Shown: positions 1 to 13,338 of the stretch, one piece after another
Layout of the letters: the number at the start of each line of letters is the position of its first letter
How positions within the stretch are numbered: position 1 is the stretch's first letter
Assembly: GCF_006345805.1 (NCBI RefSeq)
Contig: NW_021834219.1
Span: 1 to 64,000 of the forward strand
Direction: 5' to 3'
Length of the DNA stretch: 64,000 bases
Origin: Octopus sinensis
Lineage: Eukaryota
Program-made: the position numbers and the translations under genes
Notes under the pieces: model-generated
Seen by the model: only the letters and a program-made list of their open reading frames with translations
What the model was told of the DNA's origin: nothing
Database searches by the model: none

Positions 1-29
1 CACCAATGATTTATTTATAGTGCTCAAAT

Positions 30-236
30 TTTTGTGCCGCACATTAGCTCACTCACTCCATCAAATCGACGTTGCTGAATAGATGCACTGTGAACCGCGC
101 GTCAGGTGGAAGTGATCGCAGAGCAAGGTGAGCTGAAGTGTTTTACTCAAGAACATAACGCACCAACCAGTCAAGGAATTAAAATCACGATCACTAAGTC
201 GTGAGGGCAACACCCTAACCCCTAAGCCATGCGCCC
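30..236 (-). mobile_element. tRNA-derived SINE, 5' head (family B, related to 28350-28677 and 43583-43880)
   Basis: Reverse strand reads GGCGCATGGCTTAGGGGTTAGGGTG...GATCGTGATTTTAATTCC (A/B-box-like), then GTTCTTGAGTAAAACACTT, shared with the copies at 28.6 and 43.6 kb. Confidence 0.7.
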
Positions 237-384
237 TGAAGATAAATATATTTCTTTTATACACTCATGTGTATGCCTATGTCTTTAATTTTACTGTTTA
301 TTTTTATCTTCTCCCTATAGTGATTATTCTCAATATATTGTATTTGTAATTTCTTATTTTATACTATTTTTACTTTTATTATTT

Positions 385-603
385 TACTCTTTTACTCTTT
401 TACTTGTTTCAGTCATTTGACTGTGGCCATGCTGGAGCACCACCTTTAGTCGAGCAAATCAACCCCAGGAATTATTCTTTGTAAGTCTAGTACTTATTCT
501 ATCGATCACTTTTGCCGAACCGCCAAGTGACGGGGACGTAAACACACCAGCATCGGTTGTCAAGCAATGTTGGGAAGACAAACACAGACCCCCATAAACA
601 TAT

Positions 604-640
<37 letters not shown>
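385..640 (-). mobile_element. SINE family A, 3' half
   Basis: TACTTGTTTCAGTCATTTGACTGTGGCCATGCTGGAGCACC...AGTACTTATTCTATCG...GGGGACGTAAACACACCAGC; the same tail recurs many times in the window. Confidence 0.85.
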
Positions 641-643
<3 letters not shown>

Positions 644-920
644 GGAAACGGTAAGAAACTTGTCGTATATATATATATATATATATATTGATATGTATAT
701 ATATGTATGTATATATACAGAAGGCCGTTTAAAACGCTAAAGTTTTAAATTTCCATCTACCACAGGATTCATGAAAAAAGCAAACAAAAATTGACGCAAT
801 GGTTACAAAATGAGGATTAATGCATAAAATAAGAGAGAGAGGGTGAATGTGGGAGAGAGATCTACAGGCAGTCATACAGACAAAGAGAGGGAGAAATGGA
901 GAGAGCGAGAGAAAGAGAGT

Positions 921-929
921 GATAGATGA

Positions 930-1002
<73 letters not shown>

Positions 1003-1047
1003 CAGTCAGACAGGCAGTCAGACAGACAGACAGACTGTTAGATAGAT
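921..1047. repeat. (GATA)n/(GACA)n microsatellite
   Basis: Direct reading. Similar tracts at 2859-2990 and 14222-14291. Confidence 0.95.
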
Positions 1048-1049
1048 AA

Positions 1050-1698
1050 TTTTCTTTATTGGCAACACAGGGCTGCACACAGATGGGACAATTTACAAAG
1101 TAGAGCTTTTCTTTTGGGGGATGAAAAAAACAAAAAACAAAAAATAAAAGAAACAAAAAAAAGGTGGCGTAGGTTTTCGATCAAAAGGGATCGTAAAAGG
1201 GAAAAAAAAGAACAAAAAATAAAAATAAAAAAAAAAAAAAAAAGAGAAAAGGAAAGGAACAAAGAAAAAAGAAATGAAAAAAGAAGAAAACGGGAAAAAA
1301 GGGGAAGAGGAAAAAAAAACGATCAATAGGGATCGTGTATCACAGTGTTATGATGTATGGTGTAAAGGGGAGTCAAGTTAGGTTTATCCGTGGGAAGAAA
1401 GCCTACGAAAAAGACCGCGTAAACCTCGGTCAATATTATAATATGTTACCACATTTGTTTGCAAGTGGGTAACCCGCTTTTCAGTTTCTGGGTTCATAGG
1501 ATTATGCTCAAGGTGGCTCCGTCATTCATACGTGCCATTCTTGCTACATTCACCCATCTTTTTTTAAAACATTCGCTAGACAAACTTGCCTCTCTACTCT
1601 CACTTTCCTTTCAAGTGGTACTTGAAGAAGTGATGAGAGATTGACCAGAGAGGAAAGTGTTTGTCTCCAATCCTTTCAGACGCGTCCACCAAATACAT
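1050..1698 (-). mobile_element. L1/Tx1-type LINE, 3' end (ORF2 C-terminus plus 3' UTR)
   Basis: Minus strand translates, with frameshifts, to CIWWTRLKGLETNTFLSGQSLI...KYHLK...KKRWVNVARMARMNDGATLSIIL*. The IW..R motif is typical of L1/Tx1 ORF2 ends. A T-rich UTR ends TGTCCCATCTGTGTGCAGCCCTGTGTTGCCAATAAAGAAA. Confidence 0.65.
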
Positions 1699-1704
1699 AC
1701 ATAC

Positions 1705-1830
1705 ATATGGTTCTGGGTTCAATCCCACTGTACGAAATCTTGGGCAGGTATTTTCTGCTATAGTCTCGTGTCCACCAAAGCCTTGTGAGTGAATTTGGTA
1801 AACGGAAACTGTAACAAGCCCGATATATAT
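1705..1830 (+). mobile_element. SINE family A, 5' part
   Basis: CATATGGTTCTGGGTTCAATCCCACTG...CCAAAGCCTTGTGAGTGAATTTGGTAAACGGAAACTG. Confidence 0.8.
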
Positions 1831-1835
1831 ACATA

Positions 1836-2320
1836 GACTGATAAGGGAGACAGCCTCCCTATCGCAAGTAAGAGCGTCAGATTATCGATGATTTCCGATT
1901 GAATTAATCCTCATCATTGACACTCCGCTGCCTAGAATTAAGCTGAAGTCGCTCTGTCAGTTTATAGAAAATACCATAGGAATATGTGGCTGTTTCAGTA
2001 TAGTGCTTTGCCTGTGGCTAAGAATTGCTTTGACTCCTATTTCTAGCAATGCCGTGGCTGACTTGAACCATTAGTCACTTTAGTTACGATTGTACTTGTG
2101 TCTTTCAGTTTTTAAATTGCAACTAACCATCTTAATAATTAATAATTTTCACTTTACCATTTTGCTGTAGTCAGTCAAGAACTGCTTTGCCTTCGGTTAA
2201 AGTTGTTTTGACTATTATTTCTAACAATGGTGGTGCATAGTTGTACCCTATATCGCTTTAGTGACGATTGCACTTGTGCCTTTTGGGTTTTAACTTGCAA
2301 CTAGCCACCTTAATAATTTA
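1836..2320 (-). mobile_element. PLE-like terminal repeat remnant with degenerate HHR-like motif
   Basis: Homologous in reverse to ~27295-27485. Minus strand 1876-1921 reads GTCA-ATGATGA-GGATT..AATCG-GAAA-TCATCGATA-ATC-TGAC. Confidence 0.45.
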
Positions 2321-2855
2321 TACACACACACAGGCACACAAATATATATATATGGATGTGTGTGTGTATATATTCACACACATACACATGATAGTAACCG
2401 ACAGAAGTATTACAGGAAAAAGAAACAGGGAAAGAGAAGGGAGGGAATGTGATTTTGTATGCTATTGAGTGTTAGTTAATGTCAATATATACGCTTATAT
2501 GTATACATGTGTATATGACTGCGTGTCTGAGAAATTGAATCTTTGTATGGGTATGCGTATGTGTATTTATATATGCATATGAGTGGGAGAGCGGACGTGT
2601 TTGATTACCATCACGTGTACACAGTAGAGGATCTAATATCTATATAATCTGTGCATGTGTAAATATGTACAGAAATTTTGTATTTGTAACAGCGTGTGAA
2701 AGTATGTTTTTTATTGATTGATATCTTTGCTAAAAGATCAAAATGAGAAAATAGTGAAAGAGGAAAATATGTTGAACACATAAAGATGTTTACTGGTATT
2801 GTTGTTTGCAAATAGTATATGTATTTGTTTTAAATATGGGTTTAAATATGGGTTT

Positions 2856-2940
<85 letters not shown>

Positions 2941-3139
2941 AAGAAAGATTTATAGATAGATAGAAAGAAAGATTTATAGATAGATAGACAGGAATGTAGG
3001 TAGAGTGATAGATATGTAGGTCGGTAGATAGATAATAAGCGTATATATAGATAGAAAACAGATAATTGTACAACTGACAGAAATATTTATACACACATAC
3101 ACATGCAGTTATATAAGTCTTGGTTGTATATATGTGTGC

Positions 3140-3177
<38 letters not shown>

Positions 3178-3232
3178 TCATACATACCCAAATATATATA
3201 TAAATGTATAAACAGTGAACTAAACCCCTCTT

Positions 3233-3317
<85 letters not shown>

Positions 3318-4214
3318 TGTTAGAGAGGACAACAAACATTAAGACAATGCAATCATCTCAAGTCATATACAATATTATTGCTGGAAAAAAATTCAGTCTT
3401 ACACCTGTTTCTGGGATATCCATGAGTATGGGATATCAGAGACAAATGGGGAAAAATAGAGAAAATGAGAATGTTATATACTAATTAAATGCCGACATAG
3501 AGGAAGTGAGTAAAAGGATAAGGAGATGGAAAGTAAGAAGAAAAATGAACCATAAAAGTTTGTCGTCCTTTTTAATAATTAATATATCCGCTGCATTGGA
3601 AATCTGCTATGGCTCCATCACTACCGTCTCGGCTATAACCTTGGAGCCTTAGTAATCCGTTACAGCACTTACCTAGCGTACCTAATCGTTTAGATCACTT
3701 GTGAACTAAACTTCCATACTTTCTATACATATATACATACACACACATTGCTCCGAGAATGGTCATGTTTTCTAAGTTTAACTAATTTAATTCATCTTCA
3801 TATTGGATATTATTTCAAGGTGTTACTGATGCTGGGTTTAGAGAATAGAGTCATTTTAAGAAATAATTCCATTTTAAATTTATAATGAATTTCTAAGTCA
3901 AAAATGATAGCGCATTTTATGTTTCTGGCTTTAACATACTCCGAAAACAAACAAGTTCGAACACGGCCAAAGAGCTGAAAAAATATTACTGATCATACAC
4001 TAATAAATGAAGGAAAATGAAAAAGACAATACCACAGGAATGACGTTCTAACAGCGAATAACATGAGGCAACATAAAAACAACGCCTTTTTTTTAAAATG
4101 AGGTTACAGGTTATTTATTTAAGAGGTATTTTGTTGGTACTTTTTGCAGCTCGAGTTACTGCAAATTAGCTCTTCAGTTACTTTATATAATTAGCTGGAA
4201 AGGGATCTGGGCTG

Positions 4215-4740
4215 ATTTAAGCCAATTAGACAAATTTGTTCAAACTGGGTCCCGCGTCAAGAAAGGGCCCAGCAGACATGCTCGAGCGGAGGACGCTATG
4301 ATGAATTTTTAGTATATCATTGTGGGCTAACGATGAAGCCTGAAACCTACAACGATTTTGGCTGCAACTGGCGTACTACACGAAGCATAAAACGTCAATC
4401 TTCAGCTTTTTTAGAGTAGAGGGCCCCCACACTTCTTCGTGCCGCATCTATTGGTGGAAATAGTTTCTGGCAGGGATGGCGGTAGTGGTGTTAGACAGAA
4501 CAGGTTTAATGCTAATTGGACAGATTTGTTCAAATTGGGTTCTGCGCCAAGAGAGGACCCCGATCACATGTTCGAGTGGAGGATGCTATAATGAATTTTT
4601 AGAATACCAGGCCCTGAACGCTTTTTGGTTGGTATTAGCGTACTACACGAAACATAAAACTTCAATCTTCAGTTTTTGTAGAGTAGAGGGGTCCCACTGA
4701 CAATTCTTTCATTGGGCACCGCACTTCCTAGCTCCGGGCT
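4215..4740. repeat. Diverged direct duplication (~200 bp units)
   Basis: 4221-4430 and 4511-4698 share CCAATTAGACAAATTTGTTCAAACTGGGT...CATAAAACGTCAATCTTCAG...GAGTAGAGGG. Confidence 0.75.
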
Positions 4741-5034
4741 TGATAGAAGACACATTAAAAAAATACAACTGTGGAAAGATGGCATGAAAATCTAGAGTCA
4801 GTCGATTACGTTGAGATTCAGTTCTTGACTAAGACTTCATTTTATCGATCCAGATTCACGAAAGGCAAAGTTGTCATTAAAAAAATTTAAACTCAGAACA
4901 TAAATGAAGCAAATTATTTTTGTACGATGTCCTATCGACTTCGTCAGTCTAAAGGAGTTATAAATAAATACACTGGTATGTAAAAGAAAGCGATACATTA
5001 GCAACAGAAGCAGTTGCTGAGAGTTAATTTTCAT

Positions 5035-5912
5035 TCTTAAATGTTCTGTTAGGACAAACTTTACTGCGGTAATTATCATGATAGAAACTCTCATATTTGC
5101 TTTTGGGGCAAAATACACCCTTGTTTATATCACTAGCTGGGGAGATAAATCCCCGTCACCATCAGCGCCGAGACCACCAGATCACGTGGTTTCGACTTAT
5201 CAACGATGGTTATTCGACCGTTAGAGGCAGCAGCAACTCAACTCATTTCTCCGCCAGTAATAAATAGATTTACAGCACCTGCCAGAACAGCCGCTGATGT
5301 CGCGATTAGCCAGTGAGCTTCTTAAAAAATATATATATATTAGCGACAGAGGCCGCTTTAATACCGAGAAATAATATTCATCTCCACTTAAACGTGGATG
5401 TACTATTAGAACAAACTATACAGCAGCAGTTGCCATTTAAGAAATGATCATTTTTTTTTGTATATATCACTAGCGGGATATATTTTGTTATATCACTAGC
5501 GGGAAGCTAAATCCCTAAGAGGGGCTAAATATTACCTCTCGGTATTAACACTGCCTATGTCACTAATATATGTGTTTGTTAACGACTTAACTGCCTAATC
5601 GTGACACCAGCGCCTCGTCTGGCACTCTCAAACCATACATTGCTGGCGATGAGGTGAATCGCTGCTGTCTCTAGCGGTCGAGCGTCCATCACCAATAAGA
5701 CCAAGGAAGGTTGAAATCATGTGATCTGATGGTCTCACGCTAGTGACGGGGTTTTATCTCCTCGCTAGCAATATAAACAAGAGTGCATTTTGCACCAAAA
5801 ACACAATATTAGAGTTTCTCTCATCGTATCTACCGCAGTATAGTTTTCCTTAACAGATCATCCCATGTTTAAGTGCGGATACATATTACCTCGCGATATC
5901 AATACTGCCTCT
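5035..5912. repeat. Unclassified ~350 bp dispersed repeat present as an inverted pair
   Basis: ~5040-5400 is the diverged reverse complement of ~5525-5910. Further copies at ~30965-31140, ~36690-36850 and ~41410-41775. Confidence 0.75.
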
Positions 5913-6143
5913 GAACACTTTCGGCTCAATCAATGATAGTTTCATGTAATTCCTGGCCCGATATTACTACTGTGATGTTCTGTCTTATTGAGACGCATTG
6001 TACGGAAGTTCGAATAGCAGTTGATTCTTTAAGTTAGTATATAGCTGTATTATTGTGTATACTGCCCCTGGCTAAGGAGATTAAATAGAGGAAGAAGTTG
6101 AAAAGATTCAGATTGTATTTTCTTTACTTTCCCAAAACAAATC

Positions 6144-6720
6144 AGGCGTGGCTGTGTGGTAGGAAGTGTACTTCCTAATCACATGCATGGGTTTCAGTCC
6201 CGCTGCGTGATATCTTGATCAAGTCTCTTCTACTGAAGCCTCGGACCGACAAAAGGTTGTGAGTTGATGTGGCAGATGGAAACTGAAAGACGGCCGTCGT
6301 ATATGTAAGCACACACGCACACGCACACACACATATAGCTGCAGGCGTGGCTGTGTCTTGCACAGTAACTTCGGGAGAACCAAAGCCTTGTAAGTATATT
6401 TGATGGACGAAAACTAAAAGACGTGTGTGTGTTTGTGCGTGTGTGTGTGTGTGTGCGTGTGTGTGTGTATGAGTGTGCGTGTGTGTGTGTGTTTGTATTT
6501 GTGCCCATAATAACTTGACAACAGCTGGAGTTGGCGTTTACTTAGGCAACAGTAACACTAGCAGTTCGACAAAATGTTCCTATAGAAAAAAGACAGACAG
6601 ACAGAACAAGTATGAAGCTTTTAAAAAGTACTTGTTCGATTTGTTCCACTGAAATTTTTCCAGGCGGTGCTCCAGCATGGCAATAATCTAATGACTGAAA
6701 CAAGTAAAAGAATAAAAGAA
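6144..6720 (+). mobile_element. SINE family A (composite, two heads)
   Basis: GGCGTGGCTGTGTGGTAGGAAG...GGGTTTCAGTCCCGCTGCGTG...GGAAACTGAAAG, then (TG)n, then tail GCTCCAGCATGGC...ATGACTGAAACAAGTAAAAGAATAAAAG. Confidence 0.85.
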
Positions 6721-7149
6721 TAAAATATAAAAATAAGGAAATGTCATACCTGATGAGGTTAAACGTGTAATGAAACAGAATTGCACACGAACGGGATACG
6801 ATACCGAAATATCATTATTTGGTGGTTTGAGACGTCCGGCGCCCTGGGACGCTAACATAAAATTTTGACTTTGTTAGAAGTCTCGTCTCACTGAAGATGA
6901 TGTTTGGTGGGATACTTGACTGTCCCACTGTCTTGACCAGGCCATCATCCGCAGTATCACCATGTGTACTACATAAACATGTGAATTGACCTCTTCACGT
7001 TATTTATTTTTCACTTTTTTAATTTCTTTTCATTTATTTGTTTCGTAAACTGTGGTCTTTTTTACAGTCAGAAATAATACGTATAAATCGCCTGAATATC
7101 TTTTTAAAAATACTATAAGAAATAGAAAAGTTAAGAAAAGTAATGTGAC

Positions 7150-7572
7150 TATGAGGTACGAAACTTGCTTCCCAACAAAATGGCTCCGAGTACAGTCCCA
7201 CTGCGTGGCACCTTGGTGTCTTCTACTATAGTCTTCAGCCGACCAAAGCCTTGTGAGTAGATTTGGAAGATGGAAACTATAAGAAGGCCATCATGTATAT
7301 ATATGTGTGTGTGCGTGCGTGTGCGTGCGTGTGCGTGCGTGTGCATGCGTGTGCATGTGTGTGTGTGTGTGTGTGTGTGTGTCTGTGTGTGTCTGTGTTT
7401 GTTCCCATTCCACCACTTGACAACTGGTGTTGGCACGTTTACATCTCCGTAACTTAGCGGTTCGGCAAAGGTAACCGACAGAATAAGTACCTGGCTTAAA
7501 AATAGGACTGAAAATTCTTCAAGGTGGTGCCCCAGCATGACCGCAGTCTAGTGACTGAAACAAATAAAATAT
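7150..7572 (+). mobile_element. SINE family A, near full length
   Basis: Head, internal (TG)n and tail CAGCATGACCGCAGTCTAGTGACTGAAACAA. Confidence 0.85.
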
Positions 7573-8169
7573 AAATGCTAAAGCAAAGAAAAATATATTA
7601 ATTTAATATATCGTTTTAAAAGGACGTAATAAATTTGAAACAAAACCAATTTCAATTAAGAAATAAAGTATAAAAAACGCTAAAACTGGAAGTATTTCTC
7701 GAAACACATGCATTGCAATGGCTGTATCAACTGCAAAATTTATATCATGCTATAAAATTTTGACAGTTGAGAAGCTCCTGGTAAATTATTCGACTGTGGT
7801 TGCAGGAGCCTAATAAATATTACTTTTTGAATACATAAGTTACCACCGATGTTTCTAGCGAAGAACTTGATAGAAAACCATAACTTCTGTGGTCTGACAG
7901 CTGTCGAAATGGCTTTTTTTTATGTGCTCTCTAAAGCGTTTATGAAACGAACGAATGGCTCTGTGTATGAAAAACCTGTTACATTCTACATATTTAATAG
8001 AAAACATTCATTATCTAAGCTTTCATTTGTCATGTATTTTTAAGTGGATAGTTTGCTAGTGTTTGTATTCGATGGGATCATATGTTTTCCATTACACTGT
8101 GAGTTACTTAAATAAAATTCCGTATAAACACGTCGCTGTCCAAATTTTATGCACCTTCAAAAATTACAC

Positions 8170-8600
8170 TTTGTAACACGAATTTTGTCCTTAAGTAGCA
8201 ACTGTTACTTTCTATTTGATTATTCCTAGAAAGTATGAAAATTGGCTAATATTTCCTTTAAACTTTGTTTTCATTACATTTATTCGAACCTCAAAAACTC
8301 CCCACTACTCTTGCTCATCATCAGAGATGCACATATTGTCAGCCACAAAAGGACATGCTCAACAGGTTGAGGTCAAGCAACTGACAAGAAAATCTGTGCT
8401 ACTCAGCAAAACAATTTGCTATAACGATATTTCTGCTTCAGCAACTCAACCCTGAATCTGTCTGAAATATAATGGAAAATAAGTGAATTTCAAAACACTG
8501 ATATCCAGGTAACAAATGCAAAGTTTGGAAGGAATAGTAATCAGTTACTTTGATTTTTGGATAGAAGCAAATAAGAAATAGCATTAACTGATCACAGACA
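8170..8600 (-). mobile_element. Decayed RLE-type non-LTR retrotransposon fragment
   Basis: Reverse homolog of 46215-46660. Contains GTTGAGCATGTCCTTTTGTGGCTG, resembling the VEHVLSGC part of the CCHC finger of RLE LINEs. Confidence 0.5.
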
Positions 8601-8859
8601 ATAAATGAATAAATAAAAAAGAAAATTTAAAATTTTGTTACACAGTGTTGTCAAGCATCTTCAAACTACTTCTGCTTATGAGAGATTTACTACTGCAATA
8701 TCATCCATGTATCTCGTTAAGTCGACTCAAGAAGATACCAACGTATACTGTGCAAGCCGCACAAACGTCACTGCGGAACGGTAGTGATCGAATTAGGCCT
8801 GCGTCCTTTATTCTACAGCCTTAGCGTGGGGCATTCCCTCAACATGCCTTTCTGAATGA

Positions 8860-9260
8860 AATAATGGCATAATCAGTGGGGGGGGGTGTCTTAATGCGGC
8901 TAGGTTCTTGTTTCAACATGAACTTGCAGATCTCGATCATGGGAATGGTAATAACCTCGACATGGCAACCCTCTTTCCATTCAAGACAGGCAGATCTCTA
9001 GCCTGGGACGCGACGTGGAGCGACACGTACTTCAGTTCCAACCTTGCAGCATTACCTGCAAACCTGGATGTCGCCGCCTGTAGTGCGGAAGAGAGAAAAA
9101 TCAATAAATATAGGTGCTTTCCTGGTCACTATCAGTTTGCATCAGACGCCGTTGAGACAAGTTAACTAGGATCTCATACTACCAATTTTCTCTGCAAAAT
9201 AGGGATAACATCGACCTGTTGGAGAAATTAGCCCCGTGAGGTGGAATAGCTGCTGTAGCG
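8860..9260 (+). pseudogene. CRE-clade LINE, restriction-like endonuclease fragment
   Basis: ORF 8908-9165: TLFPFKTGRSLAWDATWSDT...AACSAEERKINKY...FASDAVET fits the CRE RLE pattern (WD.T..DT / AE..K..KY / F...A.ET). Confidence 0.75.
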
Positions 9261-10004
9261 AACAATGATGATGATGATAATGAGTGTTGCTGGTAATGTA
9301 ATTGTGGTCATTACCGCGGAGCGTGGCTGAGCTCTCCACCAGTTCTGGAATATATGGCCCATTGCCCCATCTCCCTCCATCTTCCGCTGCTTTACCCCGC
9401 CCTTTTTTCCTATTTTCTTCTTTTTCCCTCTCATTTCTTTCCTCTTTCTTTGAATCTGTGTGAATCTTTTAAATTTAAAACCTATGTCAAATAGAGAGAG
9501 AACTCACTTATTAGAAGGATATTGTAAAAGCAAACCAATTACTTCACAATTAAGTTCACGGTAATAATTGGAAGAGTGTCCAGATGTAAAAACAATTATT
9601 TCAACAAAAACATGCCCAGGAATGAACTCTTTACGAGGATTCCTCTGCTTTGTCGTGCGATGCACGAGAAAAAGCAGACAAATGTCACTTAATCATACTC
9701 CACATCGGATAATGTCATTTTCAATAACTTGGAACAGACAAAATGATCAGATGTGCAATGCATTCGATCATTGGTATGGTCAATGTCCGATAGGTTAGGA
9801 CTAAACAAAAATAAAACAAAAGACATTTTCATGTAAGAAATTATTAGTAATCAATGACCTTGTTGCAACTTCAAGAGCTATTTTTATTCTCATTGCTGAA
9901 GAGAAATATTTTGAAAAATGTTTCTATTTCACCCAATCAGAATCAGTTCAACTTTAATTAAAATCTGTTTTCCGTCTCAGTTTTTTCCGTCTCCAGACAG
10001 TTAG

Positions 10005-10800
10005 GTGATACAAAAAAGGGACAACAAAAAATACGATACAAAGAAAACAAAGACGGGTCATCCGGAGTTTTCTTTCCTCAGTCGAATTCCAGATTATCTT
10101 TGCAATTTTGACTGGTAATACTCGAGATTGCGTCAATCTTCCCAGTCCCAAAGTAAAACTAAGCTAAGAGCATTAGATTCCTTGGAAGAAAGCAGTGAAT
10201 GTACACGAAAACAAAGACAGAAAAAAAACTGATAATGTTACACAAATACAAATAACAGGACATAACAACAGTTGTCTTTCGACTAAGACCGAATTAAATT
10301 AAGCTGGCGTGTGTGGACGTAAAGTCTTACAGCAGGGATACAAAATTTCTCAGGCACAGGGAGGAATATAGATGTTACAGGGACGGCGACCAAACCAAGA
10401 AAGGAAGGTCAGGCTTGGCCGAACACCGAACACGTGGGGAGAGAAAAGAGAGGGGTAGAGGCAGAGGACAGACGAAGAGGGAGAGAGAGAAAGAAAAGGA
10501 GAAAAGAAGAAAATGTTAGTGAAAAGAGGAGGGAAAGTGAGCATGAAGAGAAGGCCTGGAAATGTGAGAGAGGGGAAACGAAAGAACGAAGAGTGGAATG
10601 AACGAAGTAAGCGTGAAAGGGCTGATAGAAAGAAGGAAAGAATAATAGAAAGAATAGAGCCGTAGAAGATTTAGATAAATATATACTTACATACAAGAGA
10701 CCAAAGTGTACGATAAGAAAACTTCGAATGACTCGTCCTTGCTTTCTTTGTATCGTCTATCTGGATGTTTTGCGTTCTTGTCCCATTTTGTATTTATATA
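10005..10800. mobile_element. PLE-like non-autonomous element with inverted ends
   Basis: 10007-10073 (ACGATACAAAGAAAACAAAGACGGGTCATCCGGAGTTTTCTT) is an inverted copy of 10715-10797; the interior is purine-rich. Confidence 0.55.
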
Positions 10801-10831
10801 TAAAACATATAGCGGCGTACGTAAACTTTGG

Positions 10832-10880
<49 letters not shown>

Positions 10881-10882
<2 letters not shown>

Positions 10883-11110
10883 TAGCAGCTAAGCCTGATT
10901 TCACCTGGTCTGGTTGGATGATGTGGCTGTGATCGTTTTCGGTTAGACGTCTCCTGTTTCGATTGGATCCTCCAGCTATGTGAAAATTTCCTGACCCCCA
11001 TCCCGTCAGAAAACAGCTTCTAAGCAACTGGTTGTTTTAATGGCGGAAGAAAGGGAAATTCTATTAGAAAAAGTTTTAATTGATTTTCTCGGTAAGTATG
11101 GAGGTTAGGA
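10881..11110 (-). mobile_element. Possible Helitron-type 3' end
   Basis: (TA)n-ACTAGCAGCTAAGCCTGATTTCACCTGG: CTAG terminus plus a degenerate subterminal hairpin. A similar end is at 52092 (ACTAGCTGAAGGTGACCCGCTCTACGCGCGGGT). Confidence 0.4.
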
Positions 11111-11918
11111 AAAAATACAAACTGCATTCCAGTCTGTGCACCTGTCTCCACCTGAGAGCCATTTTTCACGCGAATCCACCCACGTTTGGCTGTGAACCTC
11201 AAGACAAGAAACAATACAACGATCGCCCATATCCAATTTATAACATAGATATATATATACATGAGCATGTGCATATACATAGTCATGTACATATATACAC
11301 ACATGCATACACATACAAATATATATGTATTTATGTATATGTAAGTGTGTGTATACATATATATGGCGAGAGAGAGATAGAAGAGAGAGAGAGGTATGCA
11401 CACACATACAGACACAGCACATATTTTACTAGCAATTATGTTGCATAGCCGGTTCTTGCACGGACATCCACATATATTTATATTATCACCGTAATTATGA
11501 TAAGCGTAATATTCATCATCATCATCATCATTGTTTTCGTTGTTATTGTTTTGCTGTCATCGTCGTTGTCGTCGTCTCCATCATCGTGGTCGTCATTATC
11601 GTCACCATGTTGCATATCCGGTTCTGGGCGTCGGCTGTTATGACGTCAGGCTGTGTATATGTCGCAGCAGACGAAGCTATCACAACACTACGGTCCTATC
11701 TCCATACAATATTCATTAGGACACTGTCCAAGTCAATAGACGTATATGAACTATTCAACACAATTTACATTTTGATTTTCGTTCGAAAAGCTTTTCGATA
11801 ATTTTTCAGGTTTTCTATTCTTTAGCTTCTATAATAGATGTGGTAAGTGTGTATGTGTATGTGTACGTGTGTGAGTGTTTGTGTGTGTGAGCGTGTGTCT
11901 GTGTGAGTATCTTATATA

Positions 11919-12406
11919 TTGGTTTGGCCAAAAAGTCCGTTCGTTTTTTTTTTAGGTGAAAATGAAAATAAAGTAAACAATTGTGAAAAATGTATTTAAT
12001 CAATACAATAGTTATCATTTGCTTCTATAACCTTTCGCCACCTGTTGGGTAGATCTTTAATCCCCTGTTCGAAGAATTAGGCTCTTTATTAGCAAAAAAA
12101 ATTCCAAGAAAGTTTTCACGTCTTCACCAGAAGTAAAATTTTTTCCATTCAATGAATTTTGCAGTAACCGAAATAGATGGGAAAAAAGTATAAGATGCCG
12201 ATAGTACTCCGCCCGGTCTTCCATGTCTAGGCTCAAATGCAATCAAACAAGCTGCAATCTCTCTCCTTTGAGGCTTGTTACTCACTGATGTAACCTTGGT
12301 CGTTATACTGAATACAGTTTCTAAAGAAAAAGAATATCGGAACAGTGATTAGAAGACCGGTCAGTTGATACTAGAAAAAACGAAACGGACATTTTGGCCA
12401 ACCCAA
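11919..12406 (-). mobile_element. Internally deleted mariner transposon
   Basis: TA-flanked TIRs TTGGTTTGGCCAAAAAGTCCGTTCGTTTTT / AAAAAACGAAACGGACATTTTGGCCAACCCAA. Residual transposase C-terminus HLFRLLQNSLNGKNFTSGEDVKTFL. Confidence 0.85.
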
Positions 12407-12419
12407 TATATATACTTCT

Positions 12420-13282
12420 TTAATTTGCAGTTCTATATTTAACAGATGAGTAATTATGTACATTATTTACATTATTCACGTTTGATGGATCTTTGTCCTC
12501 ATCTTGATACTCCCTCCAGCCTTCTTCAGGTGTCTTGGGGAAATTTCGGACCTGGGTTCTTATTTCTAATAAATCTAATATTTTCTTATCATTCCTTAAT
12601 ACTGGTTCACATATGCTTCTCATATCTGTACTCTGTATCGTCCAGCGAATTCCCACCATCCATACAGTGTAAAGAGAGAGATTGCTCAGTGTCTAAAGCA
12701 TCGAGCAAAGAAGCGATCGTGATAGCCACCACGAAGAAATGATCAAGCTCAGTAACAATCTATTAAGCAACAACTACCTCAAAAACATTCTCTCCACTCC
12801 AATTATGAAGAAAAGAGAGGATGAAACCAATAAACTGTTCACAGTCTGTCTCCCTATGTGAAAGGCCCCTCCGAAAAGATACAAAAGATATGCGGCCCAT
12901 ATAACATCAGGACAGTATTCAAAAGCAATACAACACTTCGCAAATATCTCCTTCGAGTAAAACCACCAATAGAAGAGAATATGACCAAAAACTGCGTGTA
13001 CTCCATCCCCTGCAGCTGTGGTAGGTTATACAAAGGTGAAACATGCCGACCCTTCAAAATAAGGGTAGACGAACTTTGCAAAGCTGTGACACGGGGAGAT
13101 ATCGATAAATCGGGTATAGCTGATTATGTATGTAAAAATGGAGACCACCTCCCACTATGGATAAATTTAAAATAATAGACAGAGAACTCCGCTGGAAAAT
13201 ACGAAAACTAAAAGAAGCAGCACTGACCCCAAGATTCCGAGTTCGAATAATAATAATGATAATAATAATAATAATAATAATA

Positions 13283-13338
<56 letters not shown>

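Noticed and set aside
6742-6790. CTGATGAGGTTAAACGTGTAATGAAAC hammerhead-like string
   Set aside because: Stem I and the cleavage triplet cannot be formed convincingly.
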